Assembly (NCBI GenBank): GCA_965215505.1
Contig: OZ244065.1
Coordinates: forward strand, 3,136,001-3,200,000
Source: Capsulimonadaceae bacterium
GTDB lineage: Bacteria; Armatimonadota; Armatimonadia; Armatimonadales; Capsulimonadaceae
Length of the DNA: 64,000 bases
Direction: 5' to 3'
Part shown: positions 61,868 through 64,000 of the stretch, one piece after another
Numbering within the stretch: position 1 is the first letter of the stretch
How the letters are laid out: each line of letters opens with the position of its first letter
Position numbers and translations under genes: made by a program
Notes under the pieces: model-generated
What the model saw: only the letters and a program-made list of their open reading frames with translations
Databases searched by the model: none
Told to the model about the DNA's origin: nothing

Positions 61868-62005
61868 GTAGGGGTGCCGCTTGCCGCGCCCCCCTTTTCC
61901 TTGCTGTGCCCCACGCCGGGGAAAGGCGTGATGAAGGAGGGCGTGATGAATCACGCCCCCACGCCGATAGGTCAGATGGCCGTAGGGGCGGGGTTCCCCC
62001 GCCCT
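61868..62005. repeat. cluster of three GTAG-type REP-like palindromes
   Basis: Copies at 61868 (+), 61938-61962 (-) and 61982 (+), between convergent genes. Confidence 0.65.
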
Positions 62006-62044
62006 CTTCGCTTGCCACCCTCTTCGCCCACGCCTCACCGCCCC

Positions 62045-63004
62045 CTACCCACCCACCAGCAGGTTGACGCGCTTGTCGGACAGGCCGATGCGGGCAATCC
62101 GGCCGCTGTTGAATTCCAGGAAGTCGTCCTCGATGCCGTCGCTGAAGATGACGCCGCTCTGGGGCATCTGCGAGGTCACTTCCAGGCACTGGCCCGCCCC
62201 GATGTGGCCGAAGACCAGGCCCGCCGAGGAAACGCGCGTCTCGAACGGCTCGCGGACGCTGTAGCAGAGGGACTCGGCCTCCCAGTCGAAGCCGTAGCCG
62301 GTGCGCGCGGCCGTCACTTCGGCGCTTGGGGCCTTGCCGCCGGGGGCGAACGTGCCGACGATGCCAGCCGCGCCGGTCAGGACGGAGCGGAGCCAGCCGG
62401 TCGAGCCGGCCCCGGTCGAGACGATGATGCCGCTGGAGGACTGGTCTTCCGCCCGGTCCCCGAGGGACAGCCGGTAGCGGGCGGACTGGTGGGTGCGCCG
62501 GCCGAGGAACAGGTCGTTGACGGCGTCCAGCGTCTGGCCGTCGTTGAGGGTGACGCGGGCCATCGTGATGCGCTTCCGGCGCAGCTCGCCGCGCAAAGCC
62601 GACCGGAGCGGCCCGCCCGCCTCGCCCGCGCGGAACGGCAGCAGGACGCCGTCAATGCGGTCCGGGTCGGGGTTGACGGCGAACAGGGCTTGGCCGTCCA
62701 GGTACTTGGCCGTGTTGACGACCAGCCCGTCCGGGCCGACCGTCAGCACCAGGTCGTCCTCGCCGAAGAGGAAGGTGGGAACGAAAGCGCGCTCCACCCA
62801 CTGCGCCCGCGTCCCCGGTGGCAGGGCGTCCCTGACGCGGGCCAGGGCGTTTTGATAGGCCGCGTGCGAGGCTTCGTACTCGGCGAATGAGACGCCGCTG
62901 TGTTCCAAATAAAACCGGGCCTGCTCGCGCGTGTTGAACTGCTCGACCAGCTCCTCCAGCGCGGTCTTCTTGGTCACGATGACCACTTTGTCAACGATTG
63001 CCAT
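62045..63004 (-). CDS. NAD kinase-like protein
   Basis: TVGPDGL..NTAKY, AVNDLF, SSGIIVSTGAGSTGW. Confidence 0.8.
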   Translation of the reverse strand: MAIVDKVVIVTKKTALEELVEQFNTREQARFYLEHSGVSFAEYEASHAAYQNALARVRDALPPGTRAQWVERAFVPTFLFGEDDLVLTVGPDGLVVNTAKYLDGQALFAVNPDPDRIDGVLLPFRAGEAGGPLRSALRGELRRKRITMARVTLNDGQTLDAVNDLFLGRRTHQSARYRLSLGDRAEDQSSSGIIVSTGAGSTGWLRSVLTGAAGIVGTFAPGGKAPSAEVTAARTGYGFDWEAESLCYSVREPFETRVSSAGLVFGHIGAGQCLEVTSQMPQSGVIFSDGIEDDFLEFNSGRIARIGLSDKRVNLLVGG

Positions 63005-63903
63005 CAGCGCGGCCCCCCAGTCTCCAGTAGTTGGGGGGCCGGCCCGTTGAGGAGCGAGGCCAGCGTCTCGGTCGTGATGTTCAGGCTGCCGATGCGCTCG
63101 GCGTTCGCGCCCATCTCCTTCAGGGCGAGCGCGAGGATGGCGCGCGGGTCCATCGCCTGGTAGACGGCCAGCGTCTTCTCGGCGGCCTGCGCCTGGTACT
63201 CCGCTTCCCGCAGGGCGTTCTCCCCTTCCAAGGCGATCAGCGCCCGCCGCTGTTCTTCCAGGGCGATCTCGGTCGCCCGCTCGCTCTCCTTGATCTTGCG
63301 CTCCTCGGCGACCGCCGCCCCGCGCCGGGCGTAGATGGCCTCGTCCGCCTGCCGCAGCAGAGTCTCCCGGTACTGCGCCTCCAGGGCGCGGGCGATCTCG
63401 GGCGTGGGCTTCGCAGCCAGGAAGTACAGGCTGGTCAGTTCGACGCCCAATGTCTGGAGCAAGGCCCCATCGCGGATGCGGGCCAGGGTCGCCCCGGCGA
63501 TCTCCTGGGACTGGCGCAGGGTCTCTTCCAGCGTCAGCCGCCCCAACTCGCGCCGCGTCTCCATCTGGATGATGTTGGCGATGCGCCCCGGCAGGCTCTC
63601 GGGGTCCCTGGCGGCATAGGCCGCGCGGCGCGGGTCGTAGGCAAAGTTGAGCTGGGCGGCGGCCTGGGCGGGGGCGGCGATGCGGTAGGTGAACTGGCCT
63701 TGCAGGGTGACGGACTGGAAGTTGTTGGTCAGCTCGTTGAAGACGAAATTGGCGTCCTGCGTGCTGGTCGGGACAACGACGATCTGCGTGTTGCGGGTGA
63801 GGTAGTAGAACGCTCGCCCAAGACCTTCCTTGGTGACGCGCCCGCCGACGTACTTGATGATGTAGTCGGTCGGCTGGCCTTTGAAGAATGATATTCCGAG
63901 CAT
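63004..63903 (-). CDS. SPFH/band-7 domain protein
   Basis: AAGGAG RBS. GLGRAFYY, FQSVTLQGQFTYRI, coiled-coil ADEAIYARR..AV.EERKIKE. Confidence 0.82.
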   Translation of the reverse strand: MLGISFFKGQPTDYIIKYVGGRVTKEGLGRAFYYLTRNTQIVVVPTSTQDANFVFNELTNNFQSVTLQGQFTYRIAAPAQAAAQLNFAYDPRRAAYAARDPESLPGRIANIIQMETRRELGRLTLEETLRQSQEIAGATLARIRDGALLQTLGVELTSLYFLAAKPTPEIARALEAQYRETLLRQADEAIYARRGAAVAEERKIKESERATEIALEEQRRALIALEGENALREAEYQAQAAEKTLAVYQAMDPRAILALALKEMGANAERIGSLNITTETLASLLNGPAPQLLETGGPR

Positions 63904-63917
63904 TTCCTATGCTCCTT

Positions 63918-64000
63918 TCAGTACGGCGGCAGGAGCCGCCGGAAGCCGTGCGCCAGGACGACGGCGGCGAAGAAGACGTTGCGCGCAACCAGTGCCTGGA
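63918..64000 (-). CDS. 3' end of an upstream gene (truncated by window)
   Basis: Open frame ...LVARNVFFAAVVLAHGFRRLLPPY* ends just before the SPFH RBS. Confidence 0.4.
   Translation of the reverse strand, partial: QALVARNVFFAAVVLAHGFRRLLPPY

Noticed and set aside
1-64000. tRNA or rRNA genes
   Set aside because: No cloverleaf/T-loop or rRNA-like sequence recognised in the intergenic regions.

Overview
This is a high-GC bacterial window. The gene content (DUF1559/H-X9-DG pilin-like protein, extended ECF sigma factor, many secreted repeat proteins) suggests Armatimonadota, but that is inference only. The dominant feature is a 23-kb head-to-tail array (3911-26722, minus strand) of nine exported proteins. 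Their N-terminal passengers are largely unrelated: beta-propeller/Ig, parallel beta-helix (three genes), DUF1559-like, cyclophilin, HAF/IPT, Gloeo_Verruco repeats and one unknown. All nine end in the same module of exactly six ~52-aa repeats ([14 protein letters not shown]...GYGPYTD...WSATA.GPD) terminating in SAGP-stop. Eight of the nine have their own predicted promoter (five sigma70-type, three sigma54-type, two of the latter with CRP-like boxes). Several share one terminator, which also follows an upstream FadL/PorV/TraF-like outer-membrane barrel and lipoprotein pair, and a Crp-family regulator lies at the other end. I propose this as a candidate undescribed surface-display or anchoring system with swappable passengers. 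The window also holds two tandem TA modules, a ~1.95-kb transposase-less element with ~110-bp inverted ends, several REP/REPIN-like palindromes, an ECF sigma-thioredoxin fusion, a duplicated acyltransferase, a paired STAND-like ATPase operon, an AAA_21 plus DUF4276-like pair and assorted glycoside hydrolases. All family names come from motif recognition by eye, not from database searches.
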